Made by a program: the position numbers and the translations under genes
NCBI GenBank assembly: GCA_031411295.1
Contig: JANOAV010000031.1
Span: forward strand, 1-56,068
Reading direction: 5' to 3'
DNA: 56,068 bases
Source of the DNA: Verrucomicrobiales bacterium
Lineage (GTDB): Bacteria > Verrucomicrobiota > Verrucomicrobiia > Verrucomicrobiales > V1-33
Shown here: piece after piece, positions 18,979 to 29,495 of the stretch
Position numbering within the stretch: the first letter of the stretch is position 1
Layout: the number at the start of each line of letters is the position of its first letter
The notes under the pieces: model-generated
The model's database searches: none
The model's input: only the letters and a program-made list of their open reading frames with translations
Told to the model about the DNA's origin: nothing

Positions 18979-20088
18979 TCAGACGCCCAGCCGCCGAGTC
19001 CGTCCCACGACGGGCCAAGCTTCGGTGACTTCACCTTCACGACAGACCCAGACTTCAGAGTGCAGGGCCACGGTGGGACAGATGTGCCGAGGGTAGCCGA
19101 AGAAAATTTCACCCAGCGCGCAATCCTGAGCCCGCGATGTCTCCAGGACCAAGTGTTCTTCGTTGTGCAAGACCGCAACGGCCTCAGGCCAGTCGGGAAA
19201 AAATACTCGAGGCTGCGGCATCTCTGAGGCCACGGCCTTATGACCCAGATCAAGACAGAGTCGGTTAGGCGACGGCTTGCTGATAACGCGGGCGACTAAC
19301 TGGGCGGCGGGTTGAAAATCCAAATCAGAAAATTTCTCGGCATAACCCGCATCCCACAACACGGTGGTTCCTGGGCTGCAGGTGACCAGTTCATTCTCCG
19401 CATGGAACGGAAAGGTGGGCGAGCCACCGGCCACGACTTCCGGGACTTCATAGCCCGCGTCCAACAAGGACTGGCGTAATTTCCAAACAGGCGCAAACGC
19501 CTCATCGCAAGCCTGCCGTCGTTCGCCTGGATCTGATTGAGTTAGGTGACCGTCATAGGCATGCAGGCCGGCCACTCTGAGGTCATCATGCTCAGCGATC
19601 GCTTGATATAAACCAAACGCGCGTTCGTCCGGCAGGATGCCAGAGCGATTCTGCCCCACGTTTAAATCAACCATGAGCGCCAAGTCAATCCCCGCCACAC
19701 TAGCCACTTCACCCAGCACTTGCACCGCCCCCGGATCATCCACGATCGCGATGCAGTTCACATTAGGGAAACGGACGATGAATTGCGCCCAGCGCATCGC
19801 GTTGGCCCCCACGGGTTGCGTGGCTAGCAAAATATCCGGCACCCCGGACAACGCGGCCATTTCCGCTTCGGCTATGGTGGCGCATTTGAATTTGCGGATC
19901 CCCAGATCCAACTGCTGATAGATCAACTGTGGCAGCTTGTGCGTTTTGATGTGCGGTCGCAAACGTTCCGGCCCGCCCGCCATCGCAACCATCCGCTGTA
20001 AATTTCGCGTGACCCGTTCGGCGTTCAACACCAGCGTTGGAGTGGGCAACTCCGCGGCATTATGGATCGGGAATGAAGGCAACTCCAT
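18979..20088 (-). CDS. D-threonine aldolase / alanine racemase-fold PLP-dependent enzyme
   Basis: RPHIKTHK PLP lysine motif, GLHAYDGH, NEEH, HICPT. Confidence 0.88.
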   Translation of the reverse strand: MELPSFPIHNAAELPTPTLVLNAERVTRNLQRMVAMAGGPERLRPHIKTHKLPQLIYQQLDLGIRKFKCATIAEAEMAALSGVPDILLATQPVGANAMRWAQFIVRFPNVNCIAIVDDPGAVQVLGEVASVAGIDLALMVDLNVGQNRSGILPDERAFGLYQAIAEHDDLRVAGLHAYDGHLTQSDPGERRQACDEAFAPVWKLRQSLLDAGYEVPEVVAGGSPTFPFHAENELVTCSPGTTVLWDAGYAEKFSDLDFQPAAQLVARVISKPSPNRLCLDLGHKAVASEMPQPRVFFPDWPEAVAVLHNEEHLVLETSRAQDCALGEIFFGYPRHICPTVALHSEVWVCREGEVTEAWPVVGRTRRLGV

Positions 20089-20092
20089 TGGG

Positions 20093-21019
20093 CTAGACAG
20101 CGAACGCTTTGCGCAGAAGTTCCAGACTCTTCGGGACTGCGGTCAGCGGATTTTCCTGACCTTCGAACTCCAGCGAAATATAGCCCCGGTAATTGGCAGC
20201 CCGCATGATGCCAGCAATCTTGCCGTAATCCAAATCCAACGAATACCAGCGACCGCCACCGAAATAGGTTTTGGCCTGCATTAGCACCGTTTTCGATGCG
20301 AGCTGTTCGAGTTTCGGATAAGGATTCTCCAGGAAGTTCCCGGTATCCAGCGTCACTTGGAGCCAGGGAGATTTAAGTGCATTGACAATTTTCAACACGC
20401 CTTCCGGATCGATCCCCAAGCCCCAGTGATTCTCCAATCCCATCACCACCCCACGCTTTTCGGCTTCAGGAATCAATTGCGCAAAGGAATCGATCACCCA
20501 TTTGAATCCCTCTTCATCCGTATGTCCTTCCAAGCGGGGTTCAATGCCTCGATTCTTCATCAACTCATCGAAGTTCTTGCTCGTGCCCCAACGCCCGGTG
20601 TTCACGCGCATCGTGGGGATCCCCAGCTCATAGGCTTGTTCCAAAAAGAAGGCCGTTTTGCTAACATGATCGCGACGTTTATCCTCATCCGGCGTGAGGA
20701 AGCCTTGGTGCGTGGAATACCCCATCAAATCCAGTCCCAAAGAAAATGCCCGGCGCTTGATGGAGCGGAGCGCGGCGGGCGAAAAATCCTGTAATTGGAC
20801 CTGCAAAATTTCGACACCATCGAATCCCATATCCGCAGAAATTTCCAGGCATTTTTCGACGGAAGCATACTCCTCCCGCTCGAAGCCCCAGAACGAATAG
20901 GTGGATACCCCAATGCGGTTGGGCACTTTTGGCTTCACTACAGGAGCCTCGGCCCCGGAGAGCAGACTGGGAGCAGCCGCAGCTGCGAGAGAATTGACAA
21001 CAAAATGACGACGTTTCAT
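20093..21019 (-). CDS. Sugar phosphate isomerase/epimerase (xylose isomerase-like TIM barrel), probable Tat substrate
   Basis: MKRRHF twin-arginine signal; GFDGVE, LENHW, LDTGN and ISLEFEG motifs. Confidence 0.88.
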   Translation of the reverse strand: MKRRHFVVNSLAAAAAPSLLSGAEAPVVKPKVPNRIGVSTYSFWGFEREEYASVEKCLEISADMGFDGVEILQVQLQDFSPAALRSIKRRAFSLGLDLMGYSTHQGFLTPDEDKRRDHVSKTAFFLEQAYELGIPTMRVNTGRWGTSKNFDELMKNRGIEPRLEGHTDEEGFKWVIDSFAQLIPEAEKRGVVMGLENHWGLGIDPEGVLKIVNALKSPWLQVTLDTGNFLENPYPKLEQLASKTVLMQAKTYFGGGRWYSLDLDYGKIAGIMRAANYRGYISLEFEGQENPLTAVPKSLELLRKAFAV

Positions 21020-21402
21020 ACGGCCGCACCGTAAAGCGGCATCACGTCCGTGGCGAGAAAATTCGTCGCACGACCGTAAATCAGCCATGGTTGATTTTTG
21101 GATGCCCAAGGAGCGGAGCTTTTGAAGCCCTGCACCCAAGCATGGGTATGGCTTAGCTCAGCTTGTGCTCCCTGCATGATGGTGGGGCTTGCAAAGCCCC
21201 ACTCCTTGGGAAAAGCCCGTGCAGCCAAGCGGTGGTTTGAACCGTCGGCGGATTTTTAAAATCTGTGATCCGGTTGAGAACCAGTCCTAGCGAATCAGTT
21301 TGGCGGCTTCGCTGGCAGCGGTCTCAGCCCCGCCATTCATATAGCTTTCCACCGTTTGGGTGGCGGCTAAACCACCGCCGAGCGCCCAACTGTTTTTATC
21401 CA

Positions 21403-23967
21403 TCACTCGCCCTTCAGGAACGCCACGAGATCAGCCAAATCCTGCGGCTGGATGGCCGCATCCAGGCCAGCGGGCATCAGGCTGCCGGGGAGAGCATTCA
21501 ACGATTTAATATCACTGCGCAGAATCGTTGCTTCCAATCCTGCGGGCTGACGCAGCGTGAGGGTAGTGGCAGTCTCCGAGGAGATGATGCCAGCGGTGGT
21601 GCGTCCCGATTTGGTTTCGCACACATAAGGGGTAAACGCTGGGGCTACTTCGGCTTCCGGCATAATGATGTGGAACAAGATGTTCTCTTTAGGCTGACGA
21701 CGAATATCAAAGAGGTCTGGACCAACATTAATTCCCTCGCGTTCCAAACGATGGCAGGTGGCGCACAATTGTTTAAAAATGTCTTTCCCATGTGCCGGCC
21801 GGGTGGCTAGTTGCAGCGCCTTTTTCCCACGTTCCATGGCCGCAGTGCGATCCGTTGCGACGGTCCGGAAGAGTTTTGCCGCCCGTTGTTGCAACTCAGG
21901 GTCCTTGCTGTGAAGGAACGTTTCGCGTCTGGTCGCAATGATGGCGCTGGCGGGGATGGACTGCGCTTCCACGGCTTGGAGTAAGCCTTCGAGGTTGCCA
22001 CGGGCGAAGCATTCATTGAGGATGAGTTCCTTAAGCAACGGCTCATAGCGCGTCCAGGCGTGGCTTGCGAGCAAAAACTCCAGACCACGTTTTCCGTCAA
22101 TTTGCATCAAGCTGCGGAGGATGGCAGTTTGCACCACGGCTTCGGTTGGCTGCTGCCAGGCGTGTTGCAAGGAAGGTGCGGCACTGTCCCAAGTGCCAGT
22201 CCCCAATAGCCTGGCGCAGATGAGGCGGACGGAGCCAGTCGAGTTTTCCTTCGCTAGCAACTCTGCCGCCAGGGTGAGCAGTTCTGCATAAACCGCCGGG
22301 CGCGTGGGTAGGTTAGTCAGCCGCTCCTGTAATCCGATCCACAAGGCGGCTTGGTGGATGGAGGGCTGGGAAGGGAATGGTGCCAGCGCCTCCACCAGCG
22401 CAGGCGCACTGGAAAAACAACGTCCCAGGCTGACTAGCAGCGTGAGCAGGTCATCGTCGGCCGCACGAAGCTGCGGCCAGACGGCTTGGAGGAATTTCGC
22501 TTCCCGGCCTGCGATACCACTCAGCACGGCCGCCCGCGTCCATTTATCCGACGCATCCTGGATCGCAATACCAGCGAGCACGTCGGTGCTGAACTCGGTC
22601 TTGGCATCACCTAACACTAGGGCCAAAATGAAGCGCACCCGCGGATTCGGATCACCCGCCAATTTCCTGGCTAGCGCGGCATCGGTAGCCGCGGGACGGA
22701 CTGCCGCAAATTCATCTTCAAAGGGCTCTGGTTGGGCCCCCGAGCGTGGTGTCTTGGCGCTAACCCGCCAGATGCGTCCCTGAGAGCGCCCGGTCTCAAA
22801 GTCGGTTTTCTTTCGCACCTCTTCCGGAAGATAGTCGGGATGCTCAATTACTTTGCGATACATGTCGGCCACATAAAGCGCGCCTTCAGGGCCTCGCGTG
22901 AGAAAAACCGGACGGCACCAATCATCGCGTGACGCCAGCATTTCCTTACCCTGCAGCAGCGGCACGGCATGAAAGCTGGCTCCGCTTAGTTTTAGCTGGT
23001 CACAGTGCACGAGATTCCCCGTGGGATCGCACGAGAGCACACAACCATCGTAGCGCTCGGGCAGCACTCCGCCGCGCCAGATCGTGACCCCGCACGCTGC
23101 GCTGAAAGAGCCTTGATGCGAGTCCGCTGTCGTGATGTTGGCACTAATCGGAAATAACCGCACGCCGTCTCCCCCACCCTTGAGTCCAGTCTTCACCAGC
23201 CGCTCGCTACAGTCTTGCACGGTGTCGCTGAAAGCCAGGTTAGGATTGCGCTCCAGCCAATGGGAGGACAGCACCACGTGCTGCACGGGCAGCCGATTCA
23301 TGCAGATGAAACGTCGTCCGGCGGCATCGAAGGATTGTCCAAACTGCGATTTTCCATCCACCAATTCAACCACGAGCGTCTCTGGATGGAAGCGCACATC
23401 GCTCGTCATTTTCAATGCTGGCCGCTCCGGATGCTCGGGGCACGTGATGGATCCACCGCTCAGCCCAGCCGCCAAGTAGATCCAGCCATCCGGGCCGATT
23501 TGCGGAGCGTTCACCCGAAGTTGAGTGCTCTGGGTGGTATCGAATCCCGTGAGCAGCACGCGTTTCTCATCGGCTTTGCCATCGCCATTGGTGTCGCGAA
23601 ACCAGAGAACATCCGGAGCGCAGGTGACAATCAGTCCGTCCTTCCAGGGCAGCACCCCATTCGGGAAAGTAAGCCCATCGGCAAACACCGTGCGTTGATC
23701 CATTTTGCCATCGCCATCCACATCCTTGAGCAGGGCCACGATGCCTTCGGCTGGTTTGTCGAAGCGCGGATAACCTCGATTTTCTGCCACAAACATTTTC
23801 CCCTGAGCATCGAAGGCCAGAGCGCAAGGCGATCCCACCAACGGTTCGGCAGCCACCAGCTCGATCTTCAAGTCCGCTGCCGTTTCCCACGCAGCCTCCG
23901 CCTCCGCCGGGGGCGCGGCGTGCGCGGCGGAGAGCGACGCCAAAGCTATCAAATAGCAAAACTTCAT
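21403..23967 (-). CDS. PVC-type heme-binding CxxCH protein (membrane-bound dehydrogenase-like beta-propeller plus cytochrome c)
   Basis: Signal peptide, D.DGDG..D repeats, RPV..GPEGALYVADMYR..IEHP, CATCH heme motif, SLMP.G. Confidence 0.9.
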   Translation of the reverse strand: MKFCYLIALASLSAAHAAPPAEAEAAWETAADLKIELVAAEPLVGSPCALAFDAQGKMFVAENRGYPRFDKPAEGIVALLKDVDGDGKMDQRTVFADGLTFPNGVLPWKDGLIVTCAPDVLWFRDTNGDGKADEKRVLLTGFDTTQSTQLRVNAPQIGPDGWIYLAAGLSGGSITCPEHPERPALKMTSDVRFHPETLVVELVDGKSQFGQSFDAAGRRFICMNRLPVQHVVLSSHWLERNPNLAFSDTVQDCSERLVKTGLKGGGDGVRLFPISANITTADSHQGSFSAACGVTIWRGGVLPERYDGCVLSCDPTGNLVHCDQLKLSGASFHAVPLLQGKEMLASRDDWCRPVFLTRGPEGALYVADMYRKVIEHPDYLPEEVRKKTDFETGRSQGRIWRVSAKTPRSGAQPEPFEDEFAAVRPAATDAALARKLAGDPNPRVRFILALVLGDAKTEFSTDVLAGIAIQDASDKWTRAAVLSGIAGREAKFLQAVWPQLRAADDDLLTLLVSLGRCFSSAPALVEALAPFPSQPSIHQAALWIGLQERLTNLPTRPAVYAELLTLAAELLAKENSTGSVRLICARLLGTGTWDSAAPSLQHAWQQPTEAVVQTAILRSLMQIDGKRGLEFLLASHAWTRYEPLLKELILNECFARGNLEGLLQAVEAQSIPASAIIATRRETFLHSKDPELQQRAAKLFRTVATDRTAAMERGKKALQLATRPAHGKDIFKQLCATCHRLEREGINVGPDLFDIRRQPKENILFHIIMPEAEVAPAFTPYVCETKSGRTTAGIISSETATTLTLRQPAGLEATILRSDIKSLNALPGSLMPAGLDAAIQPQDLADLVAFLKGE

Positions 23968-25463
23968 TGCCGCTGCGGAGGTTGATTGCCATACAACCAG
24001 CCGAGACCACGGAACGGAGCGGCCGGGGGGCGCTCGGGTAGTGGCATGGGCTTGAGTTCACGGGCCAAGGCCAGTCCGGCATCGCGCATTTGATCTCCGG
24101 CCGTGATTTCCAGATTACTGTAGGCGGTGAGTCTGGTTTCATACCCGCCGCCGGTCTTGGGGTCGAACGCCTCCAGGGTCGGCACGTAGCCTGTGCATCC
24201 ATTGGCCAGCTCCACCGGAAAGGTCAGGGGAAAGCCGCTGCCCTGCTTCCAATCCAAGCCATACTGGCAGAAGTATTCCGCCGGACAGGTTAGAAGAATC
24301 ACCGGACCCAGCTGGATGGCTTGCGCTTCCACTTCGACCTTCGGACGCTTTTTTATCATCGTGTCTAACATGACTGTTTCCTTAGCCCACACCCAATCCG
24401 GGCCGGCCGTCTGCTCGTCTTGCGCCACGAGTTCGTAAGCGGCTTTGACACGTTCTGGAGCGGGGATGCGGCGGGGAATTTCCCAGACTTTGGTCCGCAG
24501 TTGCACCGGAAATTCCGTCACTCGCGTCTGCGACATCCCCAGAAGCACCTTCAGCGCCTCCGCTCCCACCCGACCGCCCACGAGTTGGGACCAAGCGTCA
24601 CTCTCGGGATTTTCATGCAGATCCAGATTGTTCACCTGAGTCACATCACCACAAGCCCCCTGGAGGAAAACCACGTTCGCAGCGGGATAGTAGCCACGGA
24701 TCGCTTTCTCCATATAATGAATCCAGTTAGCGCTGATCCAAGGGCCGTTCGCGGTGGCGTGGCAGGAAAAATTGACCACGCAACCAGTCAGCTTACCTTC
24801 TGCATTCCAACTGCCGATCACACCGACTTCAGGATCCACCGACCCCGCGAACTCAACATTGCCAGGGTTCCCTTTGCCTGGATGCGAGGCGGCCAAGCCA
24901 TGCTTCATGCGGATACGTCGATTGAATGCCACCGTGGCTTCGATCCCGCGGCCGAATCCTACCTGAGCCGCCGCCCGTTCCTTGTAAGCGGTCACCACCG
25001 CATCCACGATCTGCTTTTTCAGCAGGGCCAGATACTTGGGATTCGAAGTGATGGTCTTGTTGTTTACCAGATCCTTCACCAAAGGCGACGCGTCGTCGTA
25101 ATCTCCCGGTTCGGACATTCCGATGGGCCCGCTGCTGTGGGAATGAGAGGCCCCCAGCAGAATGCTCTCTGGCTTGAGGTCGCATTGCTGGGCGATTTCC
25201 TTGCGAGCTTCCAACACGAGGCTGCGGGTGATAAACAGAATGTCCAGACCAACCAACGCCACGGCCTGCTGACCATCGTCGAAGACGGCTGCCCGGACTT
25301 TGCAGGGATCGTGAATTTTGCTGGAAAAGGCTTTCCCATAGCCGCCCGGCACCTCCATCCCAAGCTCTGGTGTAATATCGCGTTCAGCGAAACCAACCTT
25401 CACAGCCGCCACTCCGGAAGGAGCGGCCGACAACAGAAAACCAAGTGCAAGAAATCGTTTCAT
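23964..25463 (-). CDS. Neutral/alkaline ceramidase-like hydrolase
   Basis: DITP, HDP, ASHSHSGP, FNRR, NFSCH, QGACGD and GGYE motifs. Confidence 0.75.
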   Translation of the reverse strand: MKRFLALGFLLSAAPSGVAAVKVGFAERDITPELGMEVPGGYGKAFSSKIHDPCKVRAAVFDDGQQAVALVGLDILFITRSLVLEARKEIAQQCDLKPESILLGASHSHSSGPIGMSEPGDYDDASPLVKDLVNNKTITSNPKYLALLKKQIVDAVVTAYKERAAAQVGFGRGIEATVAFNRRIRMKHGLAASHPGKGNPGNVEFAGSVDPEVGVIGSWNAEGKLTGCVVNFSCHATANGPWISANWIHYMEKAIRGYYPAANVVFLQGACGDVTQVNNLDLHENPESDAWSQLVGGRVGAEALKVLLGMSQTRVTEFPVQLRTKVWEIPRRIPAPERVKAAYELVAQDEQTAGPDWVWAKETVMLDTMIKKRPKVEVEAQAIQLGPVILLTCPAEYFCQYGLDWKQGSGFPLTFPVELANGCTGYVPTLEAFDPKTGGGYETRLTAYSNLEITAGDQMRDAGLALARELKPMPLPERPPAAPFRGLGWLYGNQPPQRQ

Positions 25464-25557
25464 AGTCCGGACAGTATCTGACTATGACCGGGCGGAACAA
25501 ACTATTTTTCACGGGTCGAGTCCGCGTGTCCGTGGAGCCCAACTAGGGCCGCCAGAA

Positions 25558-25682
25558 TGGCTTTAAGTAGTCATGAGCTTTAGCCCGCAGGCATGTCCCC
25601 GGCGGATTCAGACGTCTGATTCACGGGGAGGGTTCGACGGGCTGAAGCCCGGAACTACGGTGGCTTTAATCAGTCATGAGCT
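25558..25682. repeat. REP/REPIN-like palindromic element
   Basis: GTAGTCATGAGCTTTAGCCC (25567-25586) faces GGGCTGAAGCCCGGAACTAC (25639-25658); a partial direct copy lies at 25661-25682. Confidence 0.7.
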
Positions 25683-25690
25683 AGCTGCCT

Positions 25691-26053
25691 CTACTTATCC
25701 CCCTTGAGGGCATCGAGCAATTTCGTGGCATCATCCTTCTTGGCCTTATTGCCGGCTTTGCGACTGGCGGCCTCGCTGCTGTCGGTGAGGTCCTCTGATC
25801 CGGTCGGTTTCTCCGCAAGTTTCCGGAAATCCTGGTGCTCGTTGAAAACGCCACCCAGACCGACCGCCAGTCCGCCACTCAGGAAAGCGCAGAACAAGGT
25901 CATCAACGTCATTTCCCCTGCGGTCGGGCGGAAACGCGGGTTGGGATTCCTCCGTCGGTAGTAGTAAAGCACCGGAACACACGCAGCCATAAACACCAGG
26001 AAAAAGACGCACTGGGGTTTGTGAGCTGTGAAGAAATTTATGACAACATCCAT
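25691..26053 (-). CDS. Hypothetical two-TM membrane protein
   Basis: MDVVINFF start, two hydrophobic helices, charged tail. Confidence 0.7.
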   Translation of the reverse strand: MDVVINFFTAHKPQCVFFLVFMAACVPVLYYYRRRNPNPRFRPTAGEMTLMTLFCAFLSGGLAVGLGGVFNEHQDFRKLAEKPTGSEDLTDSSEAASRKAGNKAKKDDATKLLDALKGDK

Positions 26054-26072
26054 AGGCAACGAAATGATTGGT

Positions 26073-26396
26073 CTAAGAGGACCCTGCCGGGGTTGAAGGC
26101 TTCGCTGGCGCTGGCGCTGCCGCAGGGGCGGCCGTCGGGGCGGCGGGAGCCGGGGCTGCGGTGGTGGCACTGGCGGCGGAGTCACTCTTGGCTGCTGCTT
26201 TGTATGAATCGCTCCGGTAATCTGTAATATAGAATCCTGATCCTTTAAAAACAAATCCCGCCCCGACGCCAAGTTTCCGCTTGATCAACCCGCCGCAAGC
26301 CTCGTCTGGGCACACAGTGAGGTGCGGATCTTTCATGGATTGAAAGATCTCGAATTGTTTGTTACAAGCAGTGCAAACGTAATCGTAATTTGGCAT
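26073..26396 (-). CDS. FmdB family zinc-ribbon regulatory protein
   Basis: MPNYDYVCTAC..FE..Q..CP..CG..FKGSGFY.TDY followed by an Ala/Pro tail. Confidence 0.9.
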   Translation of the reverse strand: MPNYDYVCTACNKQFEIFQSMKDPHLTVCPDEACGGLIKRKLGVGAGFVFKGSGFYITDYRSDSYKAAAKSDSAASATTAAPAPAAPTAAPAAAPAPAKPSTPAGSS

Positions 26397-26519
26397 ATCA
26401 GGCGGGGGGATGATTGGTAAACCAAAGCATGGGACTGAATCCCGGAGATGCAAGCCCGGGCGTCACTCTGCTATGCCAGCGCGCGCGGGGGGAATTTCCG
26501 TCTATTTTTCGCTTAAAAA

Positions 26520-27848
26520 TTAGTCCGGGAAAATGAGTCGCAACCGCTGGTCGATTCGGCGCAATACAGCGTCCTGTCCCACCAGCACCAAGGCTGGCAG
26601 CAAATCCACGCCGTGACCTGCCCCGGTTAGCAGCAATCGCAGCGGAAACATCATGGCCCCGGGTTTCACTTTGGCCTCACCCGCTGCAGCTTGGATGGCT
26701 GCTTGGATGTGGTCGGCGGTCCAGTCGGTTACTGCTTTGAGGTGGCTGGTCAGGATGGCGAGATTCCCCTGACCATTGGGTTGTGCGGCCACTTTGGTCC
26801 GGCCAGTTTCTTCCAGTGGCGCCTCGTCATCGAAAATCATGGTTAAATGTTCCGCCAACTCAGGCAACTGTTTCAACTTTGGTTTGCAGAGCAAGAGCGC
26901 GGCGGTCAACGCTTCATTGGCCTGGGCCGCAAGCGCTGGCACATGCTCGTTGGACCAATTCGTGGCCAGGCGGAGAAATTCCGCTTCATCGAGTTCGGCC
27001 AAGTATTGGCTGTTGAGCCAGAGGCATTTATTGTAGTCGAATTTGCTGGGACTGCGGTTGATATGGTCCCAGTCAAACAACGCGACCACTTCCTCCACGG
27101 TGAGTTTCTCCCGGTCATCCTTGGGCGACCACCCTAGCAAGCAGAGGTAGTTGACAACTGCCGCTGGCAGGAAGGCGTTATCTTGGTAGCTCACCACCGA
27201 GGCCCCTTGGTCGCGTTTGCTCATCTTGGTGCCGTCGGCATTCTGGAATAACGGAATGTGCGCATACACTGGGATGGGCGCCCCCAGCGCTTGGAACAAC
27301 TCGATGTGCTTCGGCGTGTTCATCAAGTGATCCTCACCCCGGATCACATGTGTGATGGCCATCTCAATGTCATCCACCACATTGACGAAGTGGAAAATAT
27401 AAGAGCCATCCGGCCGCCGCAGCGTCATGTCCGGCTCATGGCTGCGGTCGATGGTGATATCTCCGCAGACTTGATCATGCACCGTTACGGGCACTTTGGG
27501 AGAACGGAAGCGAATGCTGCCACCGTCCTCATAGACGTGGCCAGTGTCCTGCAACTTTTGCAAATAACGGTCGTAAATGTCATTTCGCTGACTCTGGAAA
27601 TAGGGACCGTAATTTCCACCCACCTCTGGTCCTTCATCCCACGAAATCCCCAACCAGCGCAGGCCATCGAGAATGGCTGCCAGAGCTTCGGGGGTGTTGC
27701 GGGCGGCATCGGTGTCCTCAATGCGCAGCACTAACGTGCCACCGTGACGCTTGACATAGAGCCAGTTAAACAAAGCCGTGCGGGCTCCTCCCACGTGGAG
27801 GTAGCCGGTGGGTGATGGCGCAAAACGAACGCGAACGGGGTCAGACAT
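26520..27848 (-). CDS. gltX: Glutamate--tRNA ligase
   Basis: RFAPSPTGYLHVGG, RIEDTD, IRGEDH and KMSKR motifs. Confidence 0.95.
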   Translation of the reverse strand: MSDPVRVRFAPSPTGYLHVGGARTALFNWLYVKRHGGTLVLRIEDTDAARNTPEALAAILDGLRWLGISWDEGPEVGGNYGPYFQSQRNDIYDRYLQKLQDTGHVYEDGGSIRFRSPKVPVTVHDQVCGDITIDRSHEPDMTLRRPDGSYIFHFVNVVDDIEMAITHVIRGEDHLMNTPKHIELFQALGAPIPVYAHIPLFQNADGTKMSKRDQGASVVSYQDNAFLPAAVVNYLCLLGWSPKDDREKLTVEEVVALFDWDHINRSPSKFDYNKCLWLNSQYLAELDEAEFLRLATNWSNEHVPALAAQANEALTAALLLCKPKLKQLPELAEHLTMIFDDEAPLEETGRTKVAAQPNGQGNLAILTSHLKAVTDWTADHIQAAIQAAAGEAKVKPGAMMFPLRLLLTGAGHGVDLLPALVLVGQDAVLRRIDQRLRLIFPD

Positions 27849-27857
27849 GGTGCAACG

Positions 27858-29471
27858 TTATTCAGATTTTGGTTTATCGTCGGCCGCAGGGGCAGGTGCT
27901 GGAGGCTCGACTGGTGGTATCGGCTCGGCGGCAGGATCGGCAGATAGCGCGACTGAGGGCTCGGAAGGTGCTTCCGCCGGAGGGGCGGACTCCGCTGGAA
28001 CCTCGGTTTCCTGCGGCATGGCAGCGATATCCTCAAACAGATGCGCGTGCTCTTTGCGGTAGAGTTCTTCCTGTTCCTTGAGCCACGCATCATGATCGGT
28101 GCCGGAGTCATGATACTGACTGTTGTGATAGTCATGATCATGGTAGGCATCCTCATTGGGATTACGATAAGGCACAATTTCGGGATGGAGCACGGGCTCT
28201 GGCGGGACGGTGGGATGACCGGTTGCCTCATGATCGTGACCATGTTCATCGTTCGCTGGCAGCGTCAGTCGTGAAGCCGCATAGCGTTCCTTGGATTCCG
28301 CTTCCTCCGCAGCCTCGCGAGCACGCTCTTTGCGTTCCATCCAAACCGCAATCCAGATGCACGCCTCATACATCACAATCATCGGCACCGCCAGAGAAGC
28401 CAGCGTTCCGGGATCGCCCGTGGGGGTGATGACGGCAGCCACCACCGTAATGATAACGATGGCCCAGGAGCGGGTGCGGCGCATAAACTCGCTGGTGAGC
28501 AACCCAAGTTTCACGAGCACTAGCACCACCACCGGCAATTCAAAACTGGCTCCAAAAATGAGGCTGAATGTGGTGACAAATGTCGTGTAATCCGCCACCG
28601 TCCACTGATCTCGCGTGCCCTCGATATCACTTCCGAACACGTGGAAAAACTGCAGCGTATTCGGCACCACAAAGAAGAATGCCAGAAAGACACCGGCCAG
28701 GAATAAGCCGAAACCAATCGCCAGCGCGGGCCACAGCAATTTCTTTTCCCGTGGGGTGAGGCCCGGCATCACGAACTCCAACAGGAAATAAAAGATTAGG
28801 GGGAAGGCTACAATTAAGCCTGCATAAAGCGCCAGTTTCATCGCTGTGAAGAAGGATTCCGCTGGCTTGCGCCAGACTAATTCGATGGCCGGCTTGGCTG
28901 CTTCGATGTCCGGTCGGGTCGCCCGGGTTACCAGCACGTTTACCGCCGCCTTCACCTCGGCATCGTTACCGACAGCCGCTTGGATAAATTTATCCCGCTG
29001 GACCACTTGCGCCGACTCGGGAGCCAAGTCCACCTTCGCTCCGTCCTTATCGAGCGTCTGGGCGAAATTCCAACTGGCCTTGTAAATGAGCATCGCTTCC
29101 GCCTCCACCCGCATCTTGGGATCATTCAAGGCCGCGTAATAAGCCGCCCGTTGGGATTCCGTTAGATCATTGACGGCCCGGGCAGTTTCTTTGACCTTTT
29201 CCCAGCGTTTGTTATCGAAATCTTCCGGCTTGTTCTTGTCTTCCACGAGCGCCAGCCCAGCCCACTTGGCGGGCAGTTTCACCACATCGAAGAATTCTTT
29301 ATACCAGATCATGCTGCCGAACAAGGCGATCAGAAGCGTGATGGTGATCTTCATCAACGTCTTCCGCAGGTCTTCCAAGTGTTCCAAGAACGGCTTTTCG
29401 TCGTCCTGATGCAGGTTCTTCCGCTTGTTGGTAAGCTTATCGCGGAGTTTGAGGAGTTTGGCAAAAATCAT
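27858..29471 (-). CDS. tatC: Twin-arginine translocase subunit TatC (unusually long, 537 aa)
   Basis: PFLEHLEDLR, F..PGL...EK, FELP, AAVITPTGD and P...YE motifs. Confidence 0.9.
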   Translation of the reverse strand: MIFAKLLKLRDKLTNKRKNLHQDDEKPFLEHLEDLRKTLMKITITLLIALFGSMIWYKEFFDVVKLPAKWAGLALVEDKNKPEDFDNKRWEKVKETARAVNDLTESQRAAYYAALNDPKMRVEAEAMLIYKASWNFAQTLDKDGAKVDLAPESAQVVQRDKFIQAAVGNDAEVKAAVNVLVTRATRPDIEAAKPAIELVWRKPAESFFTAMKLALYAGLIVAFPLIFYFLLEFVMPGLTPREKKLLWPALAIGFGLFLAGVFLAFFFVVPNTLQFFHVFGSDIEGTRDQWTVADYTTFVTTFSLIFGASFELPVVVLVLVKLGLLTSEFMRRTRSWAIVIITVVAAVITPTGDPGTLASLAVPMIVMYEACIWIAVWMERKERAREAAEEAESKERYAASRLTLPANDEHGHDHEATGHPTVPPEPVLHPEIVPYRNPNEDAYHDHDYHNSQYHDSGTDHDAWLKEQEELYRKEHAHLFEDIAAMPQETEVPAESAPPAEAPSEPSVALSADPAAEPIPPVEPPAPAPAADDKPKSE

Positions 29472-29495
29472 AGGGGGGAAGGACAGGGAGAAATA

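Noticed and set aside
21182..21378. Hairpin (21182-21202) and imperfect inverted repeat (21229-21246 / 21362-21378)
   Set aside because: Short and imperfect; may be a terminator or decayed REP, too weak to call.
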